The notes beneath the pieces are model-generated. The model did no database searches. It had not been told where the DNA came from and was given only the letters and a program-made list of their open reading frames with translations. DNA of 50,988 nucleotides from a virus. Its lineage: Duplodnaviria; Caudoviricetes. Below are positions 8,601 to 15,062 of the stretch, one piece after another. The stretch is taken from the IMG/VR virus record IMGVR_UViG_3300037261_000025, positions 1 to 50,988 of that record. One strand, 5' to 3'. Positions within the stretch are counted from its first letter, which is position 1. Every line of letters starts with the position of its first letter. A program made the translations under genes and the position numbers.

Positions 8601-8975
8601 AAAGAAAAATCCGACAAAGAAAAGGAAGCGGCAAAGTGCCCTCGATGTCATGCGCTATGGGTCGGAAAGTCCGACAACTGCGTTGCATGCGGGTATGCCA
8701 GGCCGTTCACCAGCTTGATCGAAGCCGTACCGGGTGAGATGGAAGAACTCAAGGGTGCTCCGACGAAGGATGTGAAGCAGTCATGGTATTCGCAGCTTCG
8801 CACGCTTGCGGAGAACAGAGGATATTCGAATGGCTGGGTCGCGCACAAGTACCGTACCCGTTTTGGGGTGTGGCCCAAGGGCTTGCAGGAGGTTGCGCTG
8901 CCAGTTAGCATCGAGGTCGCACGATGGGAAACAAGCCAAAGAATTGCATGGGCTAAAGGTAAGAAATCAGTATGA
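5625..8975 (+). CDS. SF2 DEAD/DEAH helicase (RadD/YejH-like) containing two inteins; ~491 aa after splicing
   Basis: APTGAGK|T, IVDE|CH, GLSASP, LTKGFD, QQMGRVMR, C-terminal CxxC..CxxC and GW.AHKY...FG.WP. Confidence 0.92.
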   Translation: MSEVVLFEDQKEVLDKVRSAFIEGHRSVMLYAPTGAGKCLGRDTPVMMADGTIKPVQDIIAGEFLMGDDGDPRCVMSTATGREMLYRVTPRKGDSYVVNASHLLSLRVTPGSNGILLADGMHIKRGEDVVSVRADVFARSNRTAKHCLKGWRSDAIQAFMREDDGEDRLMPSYILGAWLGDGTLGHASITKPRSRMVDEWVAYGRSIGYGVSIDECDGRCPTWLLTNGSDGYAFNIAQSSLGVIGVLQRKHIPDAYKYGPLSDRLQLLAGLIDSDGSESNGGCDWISKSEELARDFAFVCRSVGLACYLTYEKKGIKSTGFVGWYWRASVSGDLSIIPTRDKIFPERRQIKRHLVHGITVEPMGEGDYFGFEIDGNRLFLLGDFTVTHNTEMAISMLKATSDKYKRGAMMLDRIVLCNQTSARLQKYNIDHGVMQSGHWRNRPYERIQVCSAQTLEKRGSFPGLDLLIVDECFPGETLIDTIDGARRIDTLNDGGLIYNAIGTGTVRSIFSKTVFQTLLVRMSNGDSFECTEDHPVFTDLGWQPAGAMARGTKLFRGENLRSLWRGDSTACHKLENGGSDTGSGNIIQCAEMLREILRQEIEQPDAQAGIAYENEGYASPNWAQAIGARRQWEGHDGDRDAYVEQVAGGVGSRPHFQDVEKCGSGVSASLQIGSCVSYPKALSGVGWRESSLDCSASAGREEGCAAKRVWVESVQTQEHPSGRTVFNLRVSGHPSYFANGYLVHNCHTQRQQTTEFIRSNESIKVIGLSASPFADGLGKTYTKVVSATTTAKLVDQKRLVPLRVFIAKEIDMAGAKKVAGEWSQGEAAERGMKITGDVVAEWVKKTTEIFGGPRKTIVFCSNVAHGADLANKFSDAGYNFVAISYKDSDEFKVDAVADFSKPDTAIHGLIACDILTKGFDVPDVMIGVSARPFTKSFMSHVQQMGRVMRSYPEKEFAIWLDHSGNYLRFQEDWDELYHEGVHELSDGKEKAKKEKSDKEKEAAKCPRCHALWVGKSDNCVACGYARPFTSLIEAVPGEMEELKGAPTKDVKQSWYSQLRTLAENRGYSNGWVAHKYRTRFGVWPKGLQEVALPVSIEVARWETSQRIAWAKGKKSV
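5739..6791 (+). mobile_element. Intein 1 (351 aa) with LAGLIDADG homing endonuclease, inserted in Walker A
   Basis: GK|CLGRDT...VNASHLLS...GDFTVTHN|T; ILGAWLGDG and LLAGLIDSDG motifs. Confidence 0.95.
7038..7859 (+). mobile_element. Intein 2 (274 aa) inserted in Walker B (DE|CH)
   Basis: DE|CFPGETLI...ECTEDHPVFT...VFNLRVSGHPSYFANGYLVHN|C; no in-frame endonuclease motifs. Confidence 0.93.
7195..7851 (+). CDS. DUF559/Vsr-like (PD-(D/E)xK) endonuclease overprinted in the +1 frame inside intein 2
   Basis: AAGGA RBS 6 nt before ATG; CEVC...CCGKSC, NPMHKPE.R.KM, YKLDLA...LELDGGSH...DAKKDALL...GWKVCRL. Confidence 0.8.
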   Translation: MATHLNAQRIIPCSLTWDGNPLAPWRGVRSYFAVKTCEVCGEEIRPLVINSKTEGVIPEAETLFNARKCCGKSCAKKLSNPMHKPELRMKMKDTLLRIGHKPLVRGGNGKGMTETETLMLSKLPVGWGPGHIFKTLRSAAQGYPHHYKLDLAFPIQRLCLELDGGSHRSIARQAQDAKKDALLREFGWKVCRLKNTQAVELFSTCESVDTLRILQMAT

Positions 8976-9685
8976 GTAACACCAATTGTCGATGCGGTAT
9001 TTATTCAATTGCTACGCCGAATGGCAGTACGTACATTGGCAGCAGCAACAAAATCGAGCGCCGATGGCACGAGCACCGGAGCCTGTTGCGCCACGGCAAG
9101 CACCATTCCACGAGGTTGCAGGCAGCTTGGGATAAGCATGGTGCGGCGCTTGTGTTTTCTGTATTGATGGAATGCCCGCTGGCTGAATTGAACGAGCGGG
9201 AGCATGAGTTTATTGATCGGCTTGGCGCTAAATTGAATACGTCCACATTCGTAGAAAACGTTTGGCTTAACGAAAGTACACGGGCGAAGTTCTCGGCTAT
9301 CCACCAATCCCCCGAATGGAAGGAATCCCGTAGACGCATTGCGACCGAATCTTCAACGCGCTGGGTAGCAGTCGAGTGCAGCAATGGGACTCAGTACAAG
9401 AACATGACGGATGCGGCACGCGCTTTTGGGGTTCGCGCTGCTGGCATCGCTCATCTTGTCAGGTCGCAGCGAGTTGGAAGGCTTGGCGTCCGCTTCAAAC
9501 TACAAACAGAGTGTTGGCGCGATGTGCCGACATGGCAGGATCAGCGCGTCATTACTATGCGCCAAAACGGCAACGACAAACGCACCGATCAATCTCGCGC
9601 GCGCATGAGCGCAGCGAAGAAGGGGCGCGCCGTCAGCCCCCAATGCCTTGCGGCCGCGACTGCTGCGAATCGGAAGACTGCATGA
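8972..9685 (+). CDS. Free-standing GIY-YIG homing endonuclease with NUMOD-like C-terminus
   Basis: CGIYSI...YIGSS..IERRW.EH..LL..GKH...LQAAWDKHG; ATGA overlaps at both ends. Confidence 0.9.
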   Translation: MSNTNCRCGIYSIATPNGSTYIGSSNKIERRWHEHRSLLRHGKHHSTRLQAAWDKHGAALVFSVLMECPLAELNEREHEFIDRLGAKLNTSTFVENVWLNESTRAKFSAIHQSPEWKESRRRIATESSTRWVAVECSNGTQYKNMTDAARAFGVRAAGIAHLVRSQRVGRLGVRFKLQTECWRDVPTWQDQRVITMRQNGNDKRTDQSRARMSAAKKGRAVSPQCLAAATAANRKTA

Positions 9686-10551
9686 GCGACTTCATTGCAT
9701 TCGCCCGGTCCCACGGTGTTCTGATTGACAGGATTCAGGACGATGGAAAGTGGCACAGGGTGCCAACGGAAACTCACCCGAAGAAGAAAAACGGCGCATA
9801 TCGTCACTGCGGCACGCATGCGCACGTACAGGATCATTCGACCATGGTCGATCCAGTTCTATGGACGCCAACGGCTGAACAGGTTGCCAACATAGACCAC
9901 GAAGGAATCGCACGCCGGGCAATCGAAGCGGCGCATGAAATCCGCGTCGGCCAGGAAGGCGCTTCGAAACGTGCATCTTGGATCATGCACCAATGCGTAA
10001 TCGATGTTCATCCATACCTCGAAAGCAAGGGGTTTCCAGAAGAGCGAGGATACGTCTGGAACGATGAAAAATCAGCGAATAAAAAGCTCGTGATACCCAT
10101 GCGGATCAATGGGCAAATAGTTGGAGCACAGACCATCAGCGACAGAGAAGGATTTGAAAAAAGGTTTTTGTTCGGGCAGAGAACGAGCGAGGCAACATAC
10201 ATCATCGATAACAAGGGTCCGAAGTGGTTTTGCGAGGGCTATGCAACTGGCTTGTCCGTTCGCGCCGCCTTGCAGGCCATCAAGACCCGGTACACGTTGA
10301 TCGTCTGTTTCTCGGCTGGAAATTTGCTCAAGGTAGCACGCAACCACGGCGAAGGATTCATCGTCGCAGATCATGACAACGCGAGCCCGTTAGCGCCTCT
10401 TGAAGGCGGAATTGGCGTGAAGGTGGCCACTGATAGCGGGTTGCCGTTTTGGAGTGCTGGCGAGGCCGGTATTGACTTCAACGACTACCATCGAAAGCAT
10501 GGGCTATTCAAGGCGTCACAGGCGCTCAATGGGTTGATGATGCGACGATAG
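9682..10551 (+). CDS. DNA primase (Toprim domain)
   Basis: DGKWHRVP...KKNGAY; HPYLESKG; CEGYATG; VADHD; DFND; start set by ATGA overlap. Confidence 0.88.
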   Translation: MSDFIAFARSHGVLIDRIQDDGKWHRVPTETHPKKKNGAYRHCGTHAHVQDHSTMVDPVLWTPTAEQVANIDHEGIARRAIEAAHEIRVGQEGASKRASWIMHQCVIDVHPYLESKGFPEERGYVWNDEKSANKKLVIPMRINGQIVGAQTISDREGFEKRFLFGQRTSEATYIIDNKGPKWFCEGYATGLSVRAALQAIKTRYTLIVCFSAGNLLKVARNHGEGFIVADHDNASPLAPLEGGIGVKVATDSGLPFWSAGEAGIDFNDYHRKHGLFKASQALNGLMMRR

Positions 10552-10569
10552 ATTACCACTTTTATTGCA

Positions 10570-10753
10570 CTTGAGTGGTGGGACATAGTTTAACCGCAGC
10601 ACTCAAGGAAGATCCCCTACTGTGAGGACAGACAAGGAAGAAGGGGTAAGGGTGGCGAAGGCAGCGCCCGATTGTCGAACGGCTACCGGGTCATGTAACG
10701 GCGAGAGGCATACATGTGAAGGACTTGGACCCAAGGATGGGCTAGGTCCGTCC
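10570..10753 (+). other. Multi-hairpin intergenic element (candidate structured RNA or replication origin)
   Basis: Consecutive stems cttgagtg/cactcaag, cccct/agggg, gggtg/cgccc, catgta/tacatg, ggatgggc/gtccgtcc. Confidence 0.45.
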
Positions 10754-10786
10754 AGCTCAAGGCATTTAGAAGTTAAGGGGAAGTTA

Positions 10787-11065
10787 ATGCAGTCTGGTGG
10801 AGATTGGGAAGAATTCGAGATTCAGAGATTTCTTCGGAGAAACGATAGATTTTTGAATGAGGGTTTACCCGAATTGCAGTCAGAAGCACTTGCGCAGACA
10901 ATGCTTTATCGTGACCGAGATGGCTCTGGCGATGACCGGCGAATTTGCATTGAGTGCAAGCATATCAAAGGATCATTGTGCAGGCATCCGAAATTAAAAA
11001 TTGTGAGCCCAGTGAGATTTATTCTGAAGCGGTGCGACGGATTTGAATTGATAGGCCAAAAATGA
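10787..11065 (+). CDS. Hypothetical Cys-rich protein
   Basis: AAGGGG RBS; RDR..DDRR.C.EC.H....C...RC.GF. Confidence 0.7.
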   Translation: MQSGGDWEEFEIQRFLRRNDRFLNEGLPELQSEALAQTMLYRDRDGSGDDRRICIECKHIKGSLCRHPKLKIVSPVRFILKRCDGFELIGQK

Positions 11066-11068
11066 AAA

Positions 11069-11227
11069 ATGGAATCAGTGAAAAAAGCGCACATCGCGCA
11101 CCTGATCCGGCTGCGTCAGGCGGACCCGGAATATGCCCGATACGCGCTCGCACAGACGCTGGCGATGGACATATGGCCGGACCTGGAAGAGTGCGTGCTG
11201 AGGGCTTGGAATGATCGAGAGAAGTAA
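11069..11227 (+). CDS. Hypothetical protein, 52 aa (not in the ORF track)
   Basis: MESVKKAHIAHLIRLRQADPEYARYAL...; its TAA lies in the R' box of attC-1. Confidence 0.65.
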   Translation: MESVKKAHIAHLIRLRQADPEYARYALAQTLAMDIWPDLEECVLRAWNDREK

Positions 11228-11293
11228 CGCCAAAAATCAGGGGGACTCCGGCGGCTTTATCGCCGGAGGCTCCCCTGGATTGCCGGGTTAGCC
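11222..11293 (-). other. attC-1 integron recombination site (72 bp)
   Basis: Minus strand: GGCTAAC-ccggc-AATCCAGG...CCTGATT-tttggc-GTTACTT; 5/6-nt spacers, extra C in L'', long imperfect hairpin. Confidence 0.85.
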
Positions 11294-11780
11294 CCGGCGC
11301 AACTACGGAGACGAACATGGAGCGATTGAAATACCCAATGAGCCATGAATGGCACGTTGCGATCAACCGGCACCACGACGGAAAGATGGGAACGCCCGAT
11401 TGGAAGCGCTGGATGTACGAAGCGAAAGCGATGGCCGACGAAGTGCCGCGCATGGCACTGGTGCTCGGCAGGGAGCGGCGCGGAGAACTCGCCAAGACGC
11501 ATAAGCAATGCTCGATGAATCCGGCGGTGCCGGTGCCAAGCAACCACCTGACGTGCTGCCTCGGCGTGAAGTGCGCGGAGTGCCCGGAACTGCTGGCGAT
11601 CGACAAGATTGAGCGGGTAACGCCCGAAGACATTGACACGGCGAAGGCATGGACGTGCGCGGCGCACATTGTTTCCAAGGGCGGCGACACGATGAACGAA
11701 GGCTACCTGCTCGACGTGAGCGACCGGATGTACTGGGACAACGTGTGCGAGAGCCTGAGCCAAGGTGATGAAGGGGCTAA
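11228..11780 (-). mobile_element. Gene cassette A (553 bp), gene inverted relative to attC
   Basis: Ends complementary over 9 nt (GTTAGCCCC 11287-11295 / GGGGCTAAC 11773-11781). Confidence 0.82.
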
Positions 11781-11787
11781 CGCTTGA
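11317..11787 (+). CDS. Cassette A cargo: Cys/His-rich hypothetical protein
   Basis: GGAG RBS; TCCLG.KC.ECP, WTC..H; stop codon lies inside attC-2. Confidence 0.8.
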   Translation: MERLKYPMSHEWHVAINRHHDGKMGTPDWKRWMYEAKAMADEVPRMALVLGRERRGELAKTHKQCSMNPAVPVPSNHLTCCLGVKCAECPELLAIDKIERVTPEDIDTAKAWTCAAHIVSKGGDTMNEGYLLDVSDRMYWDNVCESLSQGDEGANA

Positions 11788-11862
11788 ATTCAGCGACCGC
11801 GCTGAAAAATAAACTACAGCGTGCCACGCTTCGGCGCGGTTCGCTGGAATGACGGGTTAGCC
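11775..11862 (-). other. attC-2 integron recombination site (88 bp)
   Basis: Minus strand: GGCTAAC-ccgtc-ATTCCAGC-gaaccgcgc...gcgcggtc-GCTGAAT-tcaagc-GTTAGCC; extra C and extra A as in canonical attC. Confidence 0.9.
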
Positions 11863-12091
11863 GCTGCCCGCGAAACAGCGCGCAACACTTGGAGAACGTG
11901 AAATGAACTACTGTGAAGCCCTCGGCAAAATACGTGAAGCGCGAGCATTATTGCAAGACGAAGCTGCAACCCCGGCAAACACGCGGGAACTGGCTATGGC
12001 AATAACAAAGCTCGACGAAGCGATCCTCTGGCGGCAAAGCGACATGCAGAAAAAAGCGCCGGTCGTGGATGGCTGCTCCATAGGCGGCTAA
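11781..12091 (-). mobile_element. Gene cassette B (311 bp), gene inverted relative to attC
   Basis: Ends complementary over 9 nt (GTTAGCCGC 11856-11864 / GCGGCTAAC 12084-12092). Confidence 0.82.
11903..12091 (+). CDS. Cassette B cargo: Acb2/Tad1-like helical-hairpin protein (putative cyclic-nucleotide sponge)
   Basis: GGAG RBS; RELAMAITKLDEAILW resembles the RE..A.T.(L/V)EEA.(M/L)W pattern of Tad1-like proteins. Confidence 0.6.
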   Translation: MNYCEALGKIREARALLQDEAATPANTRELAMAITKLDEAILWRQSDMQKKAPVVDGCSIGG

Positions 12092-12142
12092 CGCAATGTC
12101 TAGCGCAACTGCGACATAACGTCGCCACGGCCAAGTTATAGA
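12089..12142 (-). other. attI-like cassette receptor site 1
   Basis: GTT crossover without an attC hairpin; gapless homology to 46503-46556. Confidence 0.65.
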
Positions 12143-12160
12143 TCAACTGGAGAATTTGAA

Positions 12161-12820
12161 ATGACCAAAGACATGATCGAACGCCTGCGCGATGGGTACG
12201 TATCGCGGGCCAAGCGATGGTCTGGTGATACCCACTCAGGGCTCGAAGGTGGCGAGGTTGACGTAGCAGCTACGGAATACCTGATGAAAGCAGCCGCCGA
12301 CGAACTCGAAGCCTCTGCCAAGCGCGAAGTGGCGCTGGCGGCTAGGGTTGCGGAGTTGGAACGTGAGTGCTATGCAACAACTAACACCATTGGACGCAAG
12401 GAAGTTGCCATCTTCACAAAGAAACACCACTCTACCTCGCAGCAGGAGCAAAACATGAGTAACGAAAAAGTGCTGATTGATCGGGCGCTGGTGGAGCAGG
12501 CAGTTGCGAGCATTTACGTAGCGTTTGGTGATTGCGCGCTGCTTAGAGGATTTAACGCCGAACTCGCTGCCAGTCCTGCTGCAACCAACGCCTTCAACCC
12601 AGAAGCCGAACGCACTGCTGCGTACAACGTCATTGCCGCTAGGGACAGACACATCGCAGAGCTTGAAGCCGAACTCGCGGCGGTCAGGAGTCAGGAGCCA
12701 ATTGGCTACGTCAGTGAAAACGATTGGAGTTGTGCATATCTGCATCATGACAATACACCAGGAAATCCCGTGTACGCAGCAGGCGGGGCACAGGAGAAGA
12801 AGTCACGCCCTCCGCTGTGA
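12161..12820 (+). CDS. Hypothetical protein (ead/ea22-like coiled-coil segments; possible internal start at 12455)
   Basis: GGAG RBS; ARVAELE and HIAELEAELAA..QEPIGYV; second CAGGAG-ATG at 12455. Confidence 0.65.
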   Translation: MTKDMIERLRDGYVSRAKRWSGDTHSGLEGGEVDVAATEYLMKAAADELEASAKREVALAARVAELERECYATTNTIGRKEVAIFTKKHHSTSQQEQNMSNEKVLIDRALVEQAVASIYVAFGDCALLRGFNAELAASPAATNAFNPEAERTAAYNVIAARDRHIAELEAELAAVRSQEPIGYVSENDWSCAYLHHDNTPGNPVYAAGGAQEKKSRPPL

Positions 12821-13015
12821 TTTCCTACGCTCAACTTCAAAATGGAGCGTCATTCTCCGCCGTTTCTCGTGATTCTCCACGGCAACTCTGATTCCGAGCG
12901 CCATGTTCCCGTCCCCTATTCGACGGGCATGGTAGGCGTGCCAAGCGCTAAGTCTCACTGAGAACGCATCCATTGCATCCATGTGTCGCTTCCTCCGTTC
13001 TTCTTGAATATCCAT
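12803..13015 (-). CDS. Hypothetical protein, 70 aa
   Basis: CAGGAGG RBS before MDIQEERRKRH. Confidence 0.65.
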   Translation of the reverse strand: MDIQEERRKRHMDAMDAFSVRLSAWHAYHARRIGDGNMALGIRVAVENHEKRRRMTLHFEVERRKSQRRA

Positions 13016-13123
13016 GGTGACCTCCTGTAATACAGGCTTGTAGCACGTATCGATGACTTCTGATGTACGGTAGCGCACACTGAATATGCCGCCGATTTGT
13101 GCGGTCATTTCAAAGGAATCATC

Positions 13124-13816
13124 ATGGCAGACATCGTTACCGGCACCGTCACGGGCCAACTTGACACTACTGCACTCTTGCAAGCTGACGCTGACATTCG
13201 TCGTGAAGCTGCAATCTACACCGCCGACATCCGGCGCGAAACCGCTAAAGAAGCTTCGGACCTGACCGACACTGTGAAAACCGCAGGATGGGCAAACAGC
13301 GACCGCACCGGCACCGAAGCGGATCGCATCGTGGCGCAGGATACGGCGTATTTCATTGCGAATCAGTCGCAGACTTTCGCTAACGCGACCGCTCTGGCTG
13401 CTCTCAAAGCTGGTACCGACATGTCGTTCGCAAACACCATGGCGGCTATCGCTGCGTCGGCTCAAGCGGGCCAAGCCGCTACCGCCCTTGAAGGTGCCAA
13501 GAATGCTGCCGCTACGGCCCTGGGTCAAGCGCTGCTTACGCAGGCAGTTATGGGCGATGGGGCGACTACCCGCGCACTCATCAACACGCTGAAGATGGAA
13601 GACCTGAACCGCTCCTTGACCGAGCGCCATGCGGAGATCGTCGAACAACGTGGCGATGCTCGTCGCTATCAGGACGGGTTCAACAACAGTCAGGTGAACG
13701 CGCTGTCTTCGCAGATCAATGCGCTTCATAGCCAGTTCCAGCAAGCAACCCAAAAGACCGTGAACTTCGGTACCATGGGAGCGGCTACCACTTCCAACGC
13801 TAACAACGTGGCGTAA
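13124..13816 (+). CDS. Ala/Thr-rich coiled-coil hypothetical protein
   Basis: AAGGA RBS; MADIVTGTVTG...; codon usage looks like a highly expressed gene. Confidence 0.8.
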   Translation: MADIVTGTVTGQLDTTALLQADADIRREAAIYTADIRRETAKEASDLTDTVKTAGWANSDRTGTEADRIVAQDTAYFIANQSQTFANATALAALKAGTDMSFANTMAAIAASAQAGQAATALEGAKNAAATALGQALLTQAVMGDGATTRALINTLKMEDLNRSLTERHAEIVEQRGDARRYQDGFNNSQVNALSSQINALHSQFQQATQKTVNFGTMGAATTSNANNVA

Positions 13817-13821
13817 TCATG

Positions 13822-13855
13822 TTCTCCGCCGCAGTCACTTGGGTGTGGTGGAGAA
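13822..13855 (+). other. Intergenic 12-bp hairpin
   Basis: ttctccgccgca / tgtggtggagaa with G-U pairs. Confidence 0.45.
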
Positions 13856-13878
13856 TCTCAACTTTAAGGAGGATTCGT

Positions 13879-14109
13879 ATGACACTTACCGAACAAGCTA
13901 CTCAAGATGCCCAGGCCGTCACCCAGGCACAAACAGCGCTCACAATAGCAACTAACAGGGCCACCACAAGCGCTGCCGCACTTGCCACAATGCAGCCATC
14001 CGTAGGCATGCTGGCGGACATTGAATCCGAACTGGCAAAACTAGACTCCGCAGCCAGCGCAATACTGCTTGAAACTATGGCGAAACTGAAAGCGCTGCTG
14101 AACGTGTGA
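13879..14109 (+). CDS. Hypothetical coiled-coil protein
   Basis: AAGGAGG RBS before MTLTEQATQDA. Confidence 0.75.
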   Translation: MTLTEQATQDAQAVTQAQTALTIATNRATTSAAALATMQPSVGMLADIESELAKLDSAASAILLETMAKLKALLNV

Positions 14110-14110
14110 T

Positions 14111-14581
14111 CTATTTCGGCCACGCCTGCTGATACATCATCGAATCTGCGGCGTGGGCGTCAGCTTCTGCTGAGATTCGTCCACCAGTTTGCGCCATTGT
14201 GCCGAGTACGGTTGTGCAGGCTGTGAGGCTCGCGGCAATGGCATCGCGGGTAGCTGTGCTTGCACCGGTACGGATGGTTTGCAGGGTGGTGTCGAGCAGC
14301 CTACCAGACTGAGCAGCAGCAGTGGCAGCAGCAGCCAGTACCTGGCGTTGTTTGTCAGCTTGTTTTTCGGCATCATCTTTCTCCTTTTGTTGTCTGATTT
14401 CAGTGGCTCTCTGTGCAGTAGCGTCAGCCAGTCTCTGGGCATCCCACTGTGCCTGCACCCGCGCTGCGCCGATGCTCTGCTGGTACGTCGTGTCCAGGTG
14501 CCGCAGGTAGAACGCACCGGCCAGCAGCGCGGCGATGATGATGGCGTCTAGAACGTATTTGTAGGGTCCGAGGAAGTTCAT
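14111..14581 (-). CDS. Rz: i-spanin (Rz-like)
   Basis: N-terminal TM followed by Ala-rich coiled coil; downstream of the lysin; embeds a lipoprotein gene. Confidence 0.8.
   Translation of the reverse strand: MNFLGPYKYVLDAIIIAALLAGAFYLRHLDTTYQQSIGAARVQAQWDAQRLADATAQRATEIRQQKEKDDAEKQADKQRQVLAAAATAAAQSGRLLDTTLQTIRTGASTATRDAIAASLTACTTVLGTMAQTGGRISAEADAHAADSMMYQQAWPK
14137..14376 (-). CDS. Rz1: o-spanin lipoprotein (Rz1-like), fully embedded in Rz
   Basis: AAGGAG RBS; signal peptide with LVGC lipobox; Pro-rich mature part. Confidence 0.82.
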   Translation of the reverse strand: MMPKNKLTNNARYWLLLPLLLLSLVGCSTPPCKPSVPVQAQLPAMPLPRASQPAQPYSAQWRKLVDESQQKLTPTPQIR

Positions 14582-14678
14582 GGGTTCGGTCCTTTCAGCC
14601 ATTGGCATATCTTGCGCCACACATACAAAAATCCGATGAGTAGAACGCACCATCCTATGCCAACCAAATGTCCCCAGG

Positions 14679-15062
14679 TCATGGCGTCACCTTGATGGCT
14701 TTGTCGGCACTGTTGAACAGGTTCGTCCGAACACCCCTGGACAAGATGATGCACCCTTCGGATGCGTTACCAGGATTTGAAATCGAATCGCCGTGCACGC
14801 GGAAAGTGGACCGACCGAACATTTCATTCGACGGATCAGGAATCAGGAGGATCGCGAACGGGCCGAGCTTCGGGCTATCCTCTGTCTCGGTGAAGGTATA
14901 AATGCCTCTCGGCAGCGGTCCGATGCACGGCTGATCCTGCATGTCTGGTGCGTTCTTGCCTTCTGGGTTCTTTCCGCAGTTTCCCCCGGCGTAGCCGTGC
15001 GCAACAAGGTTGCCATTCGGATCGGTCAGCGCCCCGCTACTTTGAGAATATGTCCAACTCAT
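14679..15062 (-). CDS. Tlde1/DUF2778-like L,D-transpeptidase-fold protein, putative endolysin
   Basis: GYAG, GPLPRG.Y, FRVHGD, ASEGCI; located between holin-like genes and spanins. Confidence 0.78.
   Translation of the reverse strand: MSWTYSQSSGALTDPNGNLVAHGYAGGNCGKNPEGKNAPDMQDQPCIGPLPRGIYTFTETEDSPKLGPFAILLIPDPSNEMFGRSTFRVHGDSISNPGNASEGCIILSRGVRTNLFNSADKAIKVTP

Noticed and set aside
9376-9681. N-terminal extension of primase in the ORF track
   Set aside because: Overlaps the GIY-YIG gene; ATGA coupling at 9682 gives a typical primase start
11228-11293. attC hairpins read as simple rho-independent terminators
   Set aside because: No U-tract; box spacing, extrahelical bases and complementary cassette ends fit attC better
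12086-12141. A further attC after cassette B
   Set aside because: GGCTAAC...GTTATAG lacks paired L boxes; it aligns instead with 46503-46556 and is treated as attI-like
12803-13753. 316-aa minus-strand ORF
   Set aside because: Mostly an antisense shadow of 13124-13816; only the last 70 codons have an RBS-supported start
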